Assembly: GCA_002069015.1 (NCBI GenBank)
Contig: MWBL01000001.1
Coordinates: 24,967-88,966 of the forward strand
Direction of reading: 5' to 3'
Length of the DNA: 64,000 nucleotides
Origin: Firmicutes bacterium ADurb.Bin300
GTDB taxonomy: Bacteria > Bacillota > Clostridia > Oscillospirales > Acutalibacteraceae
Shown here: positions 9,786 to 19,213 of the stretch, piece by piece
Numbering within the stretch: the stretch's first letter is position 1
How the letters are laid out: every line of letters begins with the position of its first letter
Made by a program: the position numbers and the translations under genes
The notes under the pieces: model-generated
The model's database searches: none
What the model saw: only the letters and a program-made list of their open reading frames with translations
Told to the model about the DNA's origin: nothing

Positions 9786-11309
9786 CTATTCTAAATCTAC
9801 AAAACCCGCTTCCTTGCCTACTCCTTCAACAACCTCGTCTTTTATTGCGTCCTTGAGCTGACCTCCTAAACCCTCTCTTACGGTGGTTTTTGCAAGTCCT
9901 TTAGTAAGGGGGTTGTTATTGAGTATTTTTCCCATGCTGTAATCTCCGACATCAACCGAGGAGCCTTTTGGGATGGGCAGTTTACCCTTCAATATATCGA
10001 GACCCTTGTCTACTCCCGAATCAAACACTCCCTTTGTAAGACCCTTTCCAAAGGCATCTGTAAGATCCTTTCCTTCTATTGAAGCGTCAAGAGCACCCTG
10101 GAGACCTTCGTTGAGTATACCTGTAGCGGCCTGTTGCCACGGGTTATCATCACCGAATTTATCCTTTACAATCTCTGTTCCGGCGTTGAGAATACCTTTT
10201 GCAAGATGTTTAGAAGCGTTTTTGGGATCTGCCATACCTTCGCCCATACCGCTTGCCATTGCTTTGCCTGACTTATAGGCAAGCTTGATTTTTTGACCCG
10301 CGGGTCCCGTAACATATGAAAGTCCTTCGACTGCGACATCAGCCCCGAACTGAACGCCCTCGGCTGCCTTAAGCGCCATATCGAATCTGTTCGAGGTTTT
10401 CATTTGGGTCTTGTATTCGGCGATGTTTTTCTCCATTTGTGCTTCAAGCTCTTTTTTCTTTGCGGCATTTGCAGTCTTGACAGCCTTTTCATAAGCTTCT
10501 CTCTCAGCTCTGATTTTATTTGTAAGCTCTCTTGATTCCTGAGAAGGCCCTATCTCGCCGCGGTCTTGAGCTTCATAGTCTATACTTGCATCGTTTTCCG
10601 CAAGAGTTTTGGAAAGCTCCGATTCCCTTTGCTTAAGTTGCTCTAACCGCGTTTTTACGGCATCGGTATTGTAACCCGGTACATTGTATCCCTTTGCAAC
10701 CGCCTCGAGCATGGCTTTTTCTTCCTTGACCGCGATATAATCCGCCTGCCTTTGCTTTACCCATTCGTTCTTTGATTCAAAGTCTGCTATCTTTTGAGCC
10801 TTCTCTTGAGCTATTATCTGTTTCTCGTATTCGGTATTCCTGATTTGACTTTCAAGATAGCCCATATACTCTTCATACTGCTTTTTCAGATTATCATATC
10901 CCGGGTCTGTCTTGTCTGCCGTTTTCTCGGAATCCTCCCAAGCCTGTTTGTATTCTTTTAATTCACCTTCAAGTGCGTTCTTTGCCGCGTCAAGTGTATT
11001 TTCAGCCTCATTATAAGCGTCCTTTACAATATCCGCTTGCCTTTTCGCATCTTCTACTGCGGCTTGCGCTATGGTTTTTGCTATATCCTCGATATCTGCC
11101 GGGGCTTCTTTAGTTTCGGCACCGGAACCGCCGCTGCCCGAACCGCCTCCGGATTGTTCGCCCTCTTGGTCATCTTGACTCGCTTCCCTGCACGCCCTGA
11201 ACATTGCTTCAATAGATATCATAAGCGCGCCTACAATAGCAGAACTGCCGGCAACAACGCCGAAAACTTCACTCGAAGAATTAGTTACAAAGTCAACCTT
11301 AATTTTCAT
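9786..11309 (-). CDS. Hypothetical 507-aa protein: short N-terminal segment, hydrophobic anchor, GGS linker, long coiled coil, Gly/Lys-rich repeat tail
   Basis: ATG at 11309 overlaps the upstream stop (ATGA) and follows GGGAGG. N-terminus MKIKVDFVTNSSSEVF, then VVAGSSAIVGALMISIEAMF, then GGGSGSGGSG. About 250 aa of K/E/A/Q heptad-like sequence follow. The tail has repeated KG(L/I) units (AKGILNAG, TGILNEGLQG, GKGLTKGVFDSGVDKGLDILKGK, KGLAKT). I recognise no family. Confidence 0.8.
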   Translation of the reverse strand: MKIKVDFVTNSSSEVFGVVAGSSAIVGALMISIEAMFRACREASQDDQEGEQSGGGSGSGGSGAETKEAPADIEDIAKTIAQAAVEDAKRQADIVKDAYNEAENTLDAAKNALEGELKEYKQAWEDSEKTADKTDPGYDNLKKQYEEYMGYLESQIRNTEYEKQIIAQEKAQKIADFESKNEWVKQRQADYIAVKEEKAMLEAVAKGYNVPGYNTDAVKTRLEQLKQRESELSKTLAENDASIDYEAQDRGEIGPSQESRELTNKIRAEREAYEKAVKTANAAKKKELEAQMEKNIAEYKTQMKTSNRFDMALKAAEGVQFGADVAVEGLSYVTGPAGQKIKLAYKSGKAMASGMGEGMADPKNASKHLAKGILNAGTEIVKDKFGDDNPWQQAATGILNEGLQGALDASIEGKDLTDAFGKGLTKGVFDSGVDKGLDILKGKLPIPKGSSVDVGDYSMGKILNNNPLTKGLAKTTVREGLGGQLKDAIKDEVVEGVGKEAGFVDLE

Positions 11310-12400
11310 AATGCATCTGCCTCCCAATCAGTTTTTTTATATATACTGTTGCATAGTGTGATTTCGGGAACAATCGGACAACCTCCGAAACATGACTTGA
11401 ACTTTGGACATGCGGGACATTTGTTTTTTTGCCTGTTCCTGAACTCCTTGAAGCATTCGCTGTTCCAAGCATCCTCGATACTTTTGTCTTCAAGAGATAC
11501 CGAAAAATATGTATTTTTCTCAAAACTGCAAGGAAACAGCCTGAAATCCGGGGAAATATAAGCGGAAAATCTTCCCGCCTCACACGCCTCAATACACATA
11601 GGATTAATTTTGCTTGTAAAGCTGATTAGCGCGGGAACGCTGCAGCTGTCAAAGCCTGCCTTATCGGCTGTTTCCTTTTCGTCAAATAGAGAAAAAAACT
11701 TCCGGACTCTTTCATCGTTGATGCTCAGGACATTATCCAAAGTCCCCAATCCGACGGGCTTGTGCAGGAGAAAGATGATGCGATTAATACCCGAGGGATA
11801 GCTCCTTTTTTCCATTAAGGTTATAGCCTCATCAATAGTGCTTTTGGAAAGACAATAATGAATATTGGTCCTTATGCCGTATGAAACGAACATCTCTATT
11901 GCCCTGAGTGTGTATTCGCTTCGATACCAGCTCACGGCAACTGCTCCGCAATACCTCTTTATCGAGGGGAGAAGCTCTTTTTTGAGCCCGAGACCGGAGG
12001 TTGTGAAATTAGGAATTACACCGTTTTCACGGGCGTATTTCATAATTTCTTCTATTTCCTCGTGCATATCGGGGTCGCCTCTTCCCCCTAAAGCAACTTG
12101 AAAGGTTTTGCCCTTACATTCATCTATTATTCTCTTAAAGTTTCGAAGAGGCATATTATTTTCGGTTATTTCAATGCCGTTTTGATAGCATTGAACGCCG
12201 GATTTAGAGCATAATCCGCTTTTGCCGTGGGCACAGTGCCCCATAATGCCGACATCCAAAAGCTCGGGGAAGCTGCCCATAAAAGGATCCTCACCTGTAT
12301 CATTTCCCCGCTCGTCATATACATTGCTCCTGACTCCCGTTCCGTCCTCTTCGTTGAATACGGAAAAATAACGATACAGTGTATCGTGAAGCGTTATCAT
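11306..12400 (-). CDS. Radical SAM-fold / SPASM-domain enzyme with a non-canonical N-terminal Cys triad
   Basis: GGRGDP (a GGEP-like SAM motif) and TSG/TNG-like strand pattern. C-terminal CEAGRFSAYISPDFRLFPC plus CPACPKFKSCFGGC (CX2CX5CX3C) make a canonical SPASM domain. The N-terminal cluster site reads C56-X7-C64-X6-C71-Y instead of CX3CX2C. Confidence 0.8.
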   Translation of the reverse strand: MITLHDTLYRYFSVFNEEDGTGVRSNVYDERGNDTGEDPFMGSFPELLDVGIMGHCAHGKSGLCSKSGVQCYQNGIEITENNMPLRNFKRIIDECKGKTFQVALGGRGDPDMHEEIEEIMKYARENGVIPNFTTSGLGLKKELLPSIKRYCGAVAVSWYRSEYTLRAIEMFVSYGIRTNIHYCLSKSTIDEAITLMEKRSYPSGINRIIFLLHKPVGLGTLDNVLSINDERVRKFFSLFDEKETADKAGFDSCSVPALISFTSKINPMCIEACEAGRFSAYISPDFRLFPCSFEKNTYFSVSLEDKSIEDAWNSECFKEFRNRQKNKCPACPKFKSCFGGCPIVPEITLCNSIYKKTDWEADAL

Positions 12401-13269
12401 GCTTTTTTCCTCTTTGTAAAAGCAAGAATTATTAAAAGCACAATTCCCGCAACAAGCAGAGCCGCACCTATATAATATCCGAGATAACTGACGAATAAAT
12501 TATCCCTGAAGGACCCGTTTATATATTTTATTCCTCCGATTTTTGAATTGAGGAAAATAAGCGGGGCATCGGCAAGCAGTCCTGTTACGAACCCTGACAT
12601 AAGGATATATGTATGTTCATCGGTGTAAGTGCTTTCGCGCCTCAGAAGTCTTGAGGCGTCAGATGTTGAAAGGCGGCTGAATTTGAAAATCCAATGACGC
12701 CTGCCTTCTCCGAGAAGATACGAAATAGTGAACGAAATAAGAATAGCAACGAAGTATTTATCTATTTTGTTTATTTTTAATTCGTCTGTTCCGTAGGAAG
12801 CAAAGTAATTAGCGGCCGCAAGTCCTATTCCTCCACCTATCAGCATAAGATAAATTGCTTTTGTTGAAAGAGCCTTGAACGACAATTTCAGCTCGGGTAC
12901 CAAACGGACTATAGGAAGAAAAGTCTTCCTGAACCCGTAGCTCTTAATTCTTGAAAGAAGCTTTTTGCCGAAAGAAAAAACTATTGCCCAATAAATTGTT
13001 TTCGAAACAATCCCGTTACGAGTTGCGGTAAGAAATACAATCGGGAGCTTAATAAAATTCGGTATGTGGTCTGCAATACCCTCCCACCAAAAAACAAGGT
13101 TAACGGCAAAAACAATTCCCAATTGAATTCCCAGAACTTTTGCCATCTGAGGGATACTCTTTATCCCTGATTTTCCGAGTGAAAGCAACCACGAAACCAA
13201 TGTTTCATTCGGCTTTGCCAAAGTCGAAGAAGAGTCTTCTGTTCTTGATTTATCCAAAAAATTATCCAT
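12397..13269 (-). CDS. Hypothetical polytopic membrane protein (about 290 aa, about 6 TM)
   Basis: ATG at 13269 lies 7 nt after GGAGG. The stop overlaps the next start (ATGA). Multiple hydrophobic segments and a C-terminal KRKKA. No motif I recognise. The track start 13314 is probably an over-extension. Confidence 0.75.
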   Translation of the reverse strand: MDNFLDKSRTEDSSSTLAKPNETLVSWLLSLGKSGIKSIPQMAKVLGIQLGIVFAVNLVFWWEGIADHIPNFIKLPIVFLTATRNGIVSKTIYWAIVFSFGKKLLSRIKSYGFRKTFLPIVRLVPELKLSFKALSTKAIYLMLIGGGIGLAAANYFASYGTDELKINKIDKYFVAILISFTISYLLGEGRRHWIFKFSRLSTSDASRLLRRESTYTDEHTYILMSGFVTGLLADAPLIFLNSKIGGIKYINGSFRDNLFVSYLGYYIGAALLVAGIVLLIILAFTKRKKA

Positions 13270-13360
13270 ACTATGACCTCCCTCTTTAACATTAATATCA
13301 ATATATATTAACAAAGCCTGTTTTTAATGCAACCGGGAAAAACAAGCGTCTTATAAAACT

Positions 13361-13390
13361 AATATATAAACATTATTTTTATTATGTCAA
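13361..13390 (-). promoter_or_regulatory. Sigma-A-like promoter for the three-gene cassette
   Basis: On the minus strand: TTGACA (13390-13385), 18-nt spacer, TATATT (13366-13361). This lies about 90 nt upstream of the 13269 start. Confidence 0.4.
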
Positions 13391-13464
13391 GAAATATTTT
13401 TCGGTTTTAAATCACATCCGAAAAATCTTAAATATCCGCCATATCCGAAATTTCTCGCACTCCC

Positions 13465-15084
13465 TTAGAGGGCGTGATTTTTCCGATCTCTTTCATCGGA
13501 AATAATCGACTGAGCAACTTTTATGCCGTCTACGGCGGCGGATACTATGCCTCCCGCGTAGCCTGCCCCTTCTCCGCAGGGGTATAGGCCCAAAAGCCCG
13601 GAGGCGTTCATAAATTCGTCTCTGACAATTCTCACGGGAGCGGAGCTGCGAGTTTCGGGAGCGGTGAGAACGGCGTCGGGCAAGTTAAAGCCGGGAAGCT
13701 TTTTGTCAAAGCTGTATACGGCGGACAAGACTGTATCAGTGACCCATTTCGGCAGAACAAGACGCAAATCACTAAGCACTACCCCTGTAGGACACGAAGG
13801 TGTGACACCGCCTAATTTTTTTGACGGCACACCGTTTAAGAAATCTCCTAACAGCTGGGCAGGGGGGCTGTAGCTTTGGCTTACCTCAAACGCCTTTTTC
13901 TCGATTTCGCGTTGCAGGTACATTCCCGAGAGCGCATGGCTGTCAGGGAAACTGTGCGGCTCGATACCCACCAGCAAAGCGCTGTTGGCGTTTTCGGCGT
14001 CGCGCTTGTATTCGCTCATTCCGTTGACCGTTACAGATCCTTTTTCGGAAGAAGCGTTCACAACAATACCACCCGGGCACATACAGAACGTGTAAGCGCC
14101 TCTTGCGTGAAGAGAGTGGTCGGATAGCTTATATTCCGCAGGCGGGAGCAAGGGGTTTGCGTAGTTGCCGCCGTATCGGCACTTATTAATATATTCCTGA
14201 GGATGCTCTATTCTCATTCCGACGGAAAACGCCTTTTGAGCAATTTCAAGCCCCATAGAATATAGCATTTCATAAGTATCCCTTGAGGAATGCCCGATGG
14301 CAAGGATAATCGTATCAGTTTCAAAATCCGTTTTACTTTTGTTTTTTTCCCTAAAGGATACTCCGTGAACAAAGCCGTTTGCAACTATAATATCGGTCAT
14401 TTTACAGCCGAATTTTATCTCTCCTCCAAGAGAGATTATTTGCTTTCTAATTGCTTTAACTACGGTTTTAAGCTTGTCCGTCCCGATGTGCGGCGAAGCC
14501 TCATATAATATCTCGGCAGGTGCGCCGTATTTTACCAGTTGAATAAGCACCTCTCGGCATATAGGGTTCTTGATTCCGGTAGTCAGCTTCCCGTCCGAAA
14601 AGGTTCCCGCTCCGCCTTCGCCGAATTGAACGTTTGTGTTTTCGTCCAGCTCTCCGGTTTTCCAAAAGCGCGATACCTTGTCGCTGCGAGTATCTACGTC
14701 ATCGCCGCGCTCTAAAACAAGCGGATTCAACCCGAATCGGGCAAGAAGGAGAGAGGCAAACATACCCGCAGGACCGAAGCCTACAACAACAGGTCTGAAT
14801 TTCGAATTGCGATAAAGGGAAGGGGGCGAGTAACAGAAGTCTTTAACTATACTGACTTTACTTTCGGAGAAACCGGTGACAAGGGAAGCCTCATCAAGCT
14901 GAGTTTCGATATCAACCGAATAAACAAAATGAATGTCATCTTTCTTTCGCGAGTCTACCGACCTTTTATATACAGTCAAGTTTTTTATATCGCTCTTATT
15001 TATTCTGAGAGTCTTTGCAACTGCCGTTTCAAGGTCCTCGCTCAAGGAGGAAAGGGGCAGCTTTATTTCATTTACTCTTATCAT
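13465..15084 (-). CDS. FAD-dependent oxidoreductase (COG2509-type uncharacterised FAD-dependent dehydrogenase)
   Basis: Dinucleotide-binding VVVGFGPAGMFASLLLA...VLERG. 539 aa with the domain order typical of this family. Confidence 0.8.
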   Translation of the reverse strand: MIRVNEIKLPLSSLSEDLETAVAKTLRINKSDIKNLTVYKRSVDSRKKDDIHFVYSVDIETQLDEASLVTGFSESKVSIVKDFCYSPPSLYRNSKFRPVVVGFGPAGMFASLLLARFGLNPLVLERGDDVDTRSDKVSRFWKTGELDENTNVQFGEGGAGTFSDGKLTTGIKNPICREVLIQLVKYGAPAEILYEASPHIGTDKLKTVVKAIRKQIISLGGEIKFGCKMTDIIVANGFVHGVSFREKNKSKTDFETDTIILAIGHSSRDTYEMLYSMGLEIAQKAFSVGMRIEHPQEYINKCRYGGNYANPLLPPAEYKLSDHSLHARGAYTFCMCPGGIVVNASSEKGSVTVNGMSEYKRDAENANSALLVGIEPHSFPDSHALSGMYLQREIEKKAFEVSQSYSPPAQLLGDFLNGVPSKKLGGVTPSCPTGVVLSDLRLVLPKWVTDTVLSAVYSFDKKLPGFNLPDAVLTAPETRSSAPVRIVRDEFMNASGLLGLYPCGEGAGYAGGIVSAAVDGIKVAQSIISDERDRKNHAL

Positions 15085-16306
15085 TATTCATAATCCCCGC
15101 AACTGCGTTATAGCCGGCTGTTCTTCCCGATGTCCACGCAAAATGCAGGTTGTAACCGCCGCAAATTCCGTCTGCGTCAAGTAGCTCGCCGCAGATATAT
15201 AAGCCGTCTGCAATACGCGACGAGAGCGTGACAAGGTCAATTTCTTCGCTCGCTACACCTCCCGATGTGACTTGTGCATCGGAAAAGCCTTTTGTTCCTA
15301 TAACGAGAGATTCAAAATTTTTCAAGGTATATGCAACCGCTGCACACTCTTTAACCGTTAATTCCTCGGGCTTTTCGGCGGGAGAAATACCGCAGCGTTT
15401 TAAAACAACCTCGCCGAGCCTTTTCGGAAGCAAACCGGACAGAACATCCGCCGCACAGGGCTTGCCGATTTTGAAGGCTTTTACGAAAAAATCATTCAAC
15501 TGCACGGGTGTCATTTCACGGCAAAGGTCAAGGGTAATCTTATACCTTTCGGCATACTCATTGTCAATAAGCCCGGACAAATTGAATATGGGAATACCGG
15601 AAAGGCCGTAATGTGTAAATTGTATTTCGCCCGCATCCTCGAAAATTGCTTTTTCTTCAAGCAATAATACTGCCGAGGCATCCGTCCTTATGCCTTTAAG
15701 CGATTTTAAAAAGCTCCCCTTGCATTTAACGGAATTCAGGGCGGGACGAATTTTTGTTACCTTGTGTCCGAGCATTTTAAGCAGCTCATAACCGCTTCCG
15801 TCGGAACCGAAGACGGGGGATGCCGCTCCTCCGCACGCCAAAATCAAGACATCCGAAAATTCGGTTGAGTTAAGCAAAAAGCCCCCGTTTTGTCTTTTGA
15901 TTTCGGTAACGGGTGTGTTGACAGCTATTTTACACCCGAGTGAAAGACATGTGTATCTCAAAGCGTCTGCAACAGAAGACGCGTTACCCGATTTTGGATA
16001 TATTCTGCCGCTTTCCTCTTTTGTAAGCAGGGACATTGAACTGAAAAAACCGACCGAATCGGAAAAACGATTTTCAAGAACAGAACTGACAAGCGCCTTA
16101 TTACCGCGGTAATGCTGCAAGGCTATGTTACGGTTACTAAGATTACACCTGCCGTTTCCGGTAACAAGTATTTTTTTGCAGATACGCGGAAGCTTTTCAT
16201 AAACGGTGACTTGCACAGGAATACCTGTCTCCCTTGCGGTTCTTAAAGCTTCTATGGCGGCGCTTATACCCGACGCTCCTGCCCCTATTATTGCTATATT
16301 CTTCAC
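15068..16306 (-). CDS. HI0933/BaiN-family flavoprotein
   Basis: IAIIGAGASGISAAIEA plus GNGRCNLSN, characteristic of the HI0933-like family. Overlaps the downstream gene by 17 nt. Confidence 0.85.
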   Translation of the reverse strand: MKNIAIIGAGASGISAAIEALRTARETGIPVQVTVYEKLPRICKKILVTGNGRCNLSNRNIALQHYRGNKALVSSVLENRFSDSVGFFSSMSLLTKEESGRIYPKSGNASSVADALRYTCLSLGCKIAVNTPVTEIKRQNGGFLLNSTEFSDVLILACGGAASPVFGSDGSGYELLKMLGHKVTKIRPALNSVKCKGSFLKSLKGIRTDASAVLLLEEKAIFEDAGEIQFTHYGLSGIPIFNLSGLIDNEYAERYKITLDLCREMTPVQLNDFFVKAFKIGKPCAADVLSGLLPKRLGEVVLKRCGISPAEKPEELTVKECAAVAYTLKNFESLVIGTKGFSDAQVTSGGVASEEIDLVTLSSRIADGLYICGELLDADGICGGYNLHFAWTSGRTAGYNAVAGIMNNDKSK

Positions 16307-16408
16307 AACAACACTCCAAAATCATAATGCGGATGATATTATACATTAATTGAGATATACTTACAATACTCGATTGTGAAGGATAAAAGAATTTCGTGTC
16401 TTATTTTG

Positions 16409-16437
16409 TTGCAATTGAATGTTGTTTATGATACAAT
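16409..16437 (+). promoter_or_regulatory. Sigma-A-like promoter upstream of sulfatase-asnS
   Basis: TTGCAA, 17 nt, TACAAT. Confidence 0.4.
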
Positions 16438-16483
16438 TACTGAAAAATTTTTGCAAATGCTCAGACAGAATACGGGGTGAATT

Positions 16484-17791
16484 ATGAGACCGAACATTAT
16501 AGTTTATTTTTCCGACCAACAGCGGTGGGATACATTAAACGAAACAGTAATGCCGAATCTCTCCGCCCTTAAAGACGAGGGGACCGTTTTTGAGAATTCC
16601 TTTACATGCCAGCCTGTATGCGGACCGGCGAGGGCGTGCTTTCAAACAGGAGTATACGCCACACAAAATAAGAGCTATTGGAACGGCATACCGTTGACAA
16701 AAGACTATAAACCTCTTGCCGAATTTTTTAACGAGGCGGGATATGAAACCGCTTATGTCGGGAAATGGCATTTAGCTTCGGACAGAATCCCCAAAGCAGG
16801 ATTTCATTGCGAAAAAGAGGCGATACCCAAGGAAAGGCGCGGCGGCTATAAACATTTCTGGCGCGCCGCAGATGTGCTTGAATTCACTTCTCACGGGTAT
16901 GACGGGTATGTCTTTGACGAGAATAATACAAAGCGCGAATTCAAGGGCTACAGGGCGGATTGCATAAATGACTTCGCTCTTGAGTATATAAACGCCAAAA
17001 CCTCCGACAAACCGTTTTTCTTGTTCATATCCCAGCTTGAGCCGCACCATCAGAATGACAGAGGGCATTTTGAAGGAAGAAACGAAACGAGAAACAGCTT
17101 CAAAAACTATCCGATTCCCGAGGATTTAGCCTTCCTGAAGGGAAACTATAATCTGGAATTTCCCGATTATCTGTCGGCTGTCAATGCGCTTGACGACAAT
17201 GTCGGAAGGCTTGTTAAAATCTTAAAGGAAAAAGGACTGTATCAAAACACGGTGATTATATACACAAGTGACCACGGCTGTCATTTTAAAACACGGAATT
17301 TAGAATATAAACGCAGCCCTCACGATTCATGTATTCGTACACCTTTAGTTATATTCGGAGGCGGATACAACGGCAGGGGGACGGATAAGCGGATAGCGAG
17401 CCTAATAGACCTTCCGCCTACTGTTCTTGATTTAGCGAAAATTGATATACCCGAATATTATATGGGTAAATCGCTTTTAAGGAATGAGGAGAGAAAGTGT
17501 GCTTTTATTCAGATAAGCGAGTCACAAATCGGCAGGGCAGTGAGGACAAAGGATTTTCTTTATTCAATAAGGGCAATCGGTAACGGCTTTACACGCCACA
17601 GCGCCCGTGTATACTATGAGGACTACCTGTATGACCTAAAAAAAGATCCGCAGCAAAAAATAAATTTAATTAAATCGCCAAAATATGATGATGAGAAGGA
17701 AGAACTGAAAAATCTGCTTATTCAAGAATTAATAAACGCAGGAGAAAAGAAACCGATAATACACCCTGCGGCAATCTTGCGCAGGAAATGA
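16484..17791 (+). CDS. Cys-type sulfatase (formylglycine-dependent)
   Basis: N-terminal [12 protein letters not shown]. CxPxR signature in [19 protein letters not shown] and TSDHG motifs. Confidence 0.85.
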   Translation: MRPNIIVYFSDQQRWDTLNETVMPNLSALKDEGTVFENSFTCQPVCGPARACFQTGVYATQNKSYWNGIPLTKDYKPLAEFFNEAGYETAYVGKWHLASDRIPKAGFHCEKEAIPKERRGGYKHFWRAADVLEFTSHGYDGYVFDENNTKREFKGYRADCINDFALEYINAKTSDKPFFLFISQLEPHHQNDRGHFEGRNETRNSFKNYPIPEDLAFLKGNYNLEFPDYLSAVNALDDNVGRLVKILKEKGLYQNTVIIYTSDHGCHFKTRNLEYKRSPHDSCIRTPLVIFGGGYNGRGTDKRIASLIDLPPTVLDLAKIDIPEYYMGKSLLRNEERKCAFIQISESQIGRAVRTKDFLYSIRAIGNGFTRHSARVYYEDYLYDLKKDPQQKINLIKSPKYDDEKEELKNLLIQELINAGEKKPIIHPAAILRRK

Positions 17792-17802
17792 GAAGGAGTA
17801 AC

Positions 17803-19197
17803 ATGAAAAGAACACTTATTTCGAGAGTTTTCGAAAATCCCGAGGAATTCACAAAGAGTGAAATAACCGTTTGCGGCTGGATTAGAACAATAAGGGAGTC
17901 AAAAGCAATCGGTTTTCTTGAAATTAACGACGGCAGCTTTTTCAAAAACTTGCAGATAGTTTTTGAAGAGAAAAAGCTCTCGAATTTTGAAGAAATCAGC
18001 AGGCTTAACGTCGGAGGCGCAGTTGTTGTCAAGGGCACTTTACTGTTGACCCCAAAAGCTGCCCAGCCTTTTGAGGTAAACGCCGTTTCTATAGAAGTTG
18101 AGGGAGCTTCCGCGACTGATTACCCTCTTCAGAAAAAACGTCATTCTCTCGAATATTTGAGGACCATCGGGCATTTGCGCCCAAGGGCAAATATTTATGC
18201 CGCAGCCTTCAGAATTCGCTCGGTTGCCTCCTTCGCAATCCATAGCTTTTTTCACGAAAACGCCTTTATATACGTTCATACGCCGATTATTTCATGCAGC
18301 GACTGTGAGGGAGCGGGAGAGATGTTCAAGGTAACCTCACTTCCCCTCGAAGACGTCCCGAAAACCGAGGAGGACAAGGTCGATTTTTCGCAGGATTTCT
18401 TCGGGAAACCTGCATACCTTACCGTATCCGGGCAGCTGCATGGCGAGATTATGGCGCAGTCTTACGGCAGGATATACACGTTCGGTCCTACATTCAGGGC
18501 TGAAAAGTCATATACACAGCGTCACGCGGCAGAATTTTGGATGATTGAGCCGGAAATTGCATTCGCTGATCTTCAGGAGGATATGGAGCTTGCAGAAGCT
18601 ATGATAAAATATGTTATTAAATTTGTTCTTAAAGAATGTGTCAGCGAGCTTGAGTTCCTGAACAAATTTGTGGATACCGGTCTTCTCGAGAGGCTAAGCG
18701 AATTAGTCAATGTCGACTTTGCAAAGGTGACTTATACCGACGCCGTAAATATGCTAACAGAGCACAACGATAAATTCGAAAATAAAGTATCGTGGGGCTG
18801 TGATCTTCAGACCGAGCACGAAAGATTCTTGACCGAAAAGATATTTAAGAGTCCTGTTTTCGTAACCGATTATCCGAAGGAAATAAAAGCCTTTTATATG
18901 CGCCTTAATGACGGCGGAAAAACAGTAGCTGCCATGGATCTTCTTGTCATGGGAATAGGAGAACTCATCGGCGGCAGCCAGAGAGAGGAAAGGCTAAGTG
19001 TATTGGAAAAGCGCATTGAGGAAATGGGTCTTAAAGAAGAGGATTATCGGTGGTACCTTGACTTAAGGCGTTTCGGCGGGACTCGGCATGCAGGCTTCGG
19101 GCTGGGCTTTGAAAGACTTGTAATGTATTTAACCGGTATTTCGAATATCCGCGATGTGCTCCCGTTCCCAAGGACTACGGGTACGGCTGATTTTTGA
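17803..19197 (+). CDS. asnS: Asparagine--tRNA ligase
   Basis: N-terminal OB-fold [23 protein letters not shown]. Class II motifs FRAE and GGSQRE...[15 protein letters not shown] lies 4 nt before the ATG at 17803. Confidence 0.95.
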   Translation: MKRTLISRVFENPEEFTKSEITVCGWIRTIRESKAIGFLEINDGSFFKNLQIVFEEKKLSNFEEISRLNVGGAVVVKGTLLLTPKAAQPFEVNAVSIEVEGASATDYPLQKKRHSLEYLRTIGHLRPRANIYAAAFRIRSVASFAIHSFFHENAFIYVHTPIISCSDCEGAGEMFKVTSLPLEDVPKTEEDKVDFSQDFFGKPAYLTVSGQLHGEIMAQSYGRIYTFGPTFRAEKSYTQRHAAEFWMIEPEIAFADLQEDMELAEAMIKYVIKFVLKECVSELEFLNKFVDTGLLERLSELVNVDFAKVTYTDAVNMLTEHNDKFENKVSWGCDLQTEHERFLTEKIFKSPVFVTDYPKEIKAFYMRLNDGGKTVAAMDLLVMGIGELIGGSQREERLSVLEKRIEEMGLKEEDYRWYLDLRRFGGTRHAGFGLGFERLVMYLTGISNIRDVLPFPRTTGTADF

Positions 19198-19213
19198 TAG
19201 GGGAGTTGTTTAT

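Noticed and set aside
11095-11165. Short GC-rich repetitive DNA (ggaaccgccgctgcccgaaccgcctccgga) as a possible repeat element or array.
   Set aside because: It is in frame within the 507-aa ORF and simply encodes the GGGSGSGGSG linker. There is no spacer-repeat organisation.
11306-12400. The atypical rSAM/SPASM enzyme as the anaerobic sulfatase-maturating enzyme for the sulfatase at 16484.
   Set aside because: It lacks the canonical CX3CX2C of anSMEs and is translationally coupled to two unrelated genes. It is separated from the sulfatase by two flavoprotein genes and lies on the opposite strand. The link cannot be fully excluded without a search.
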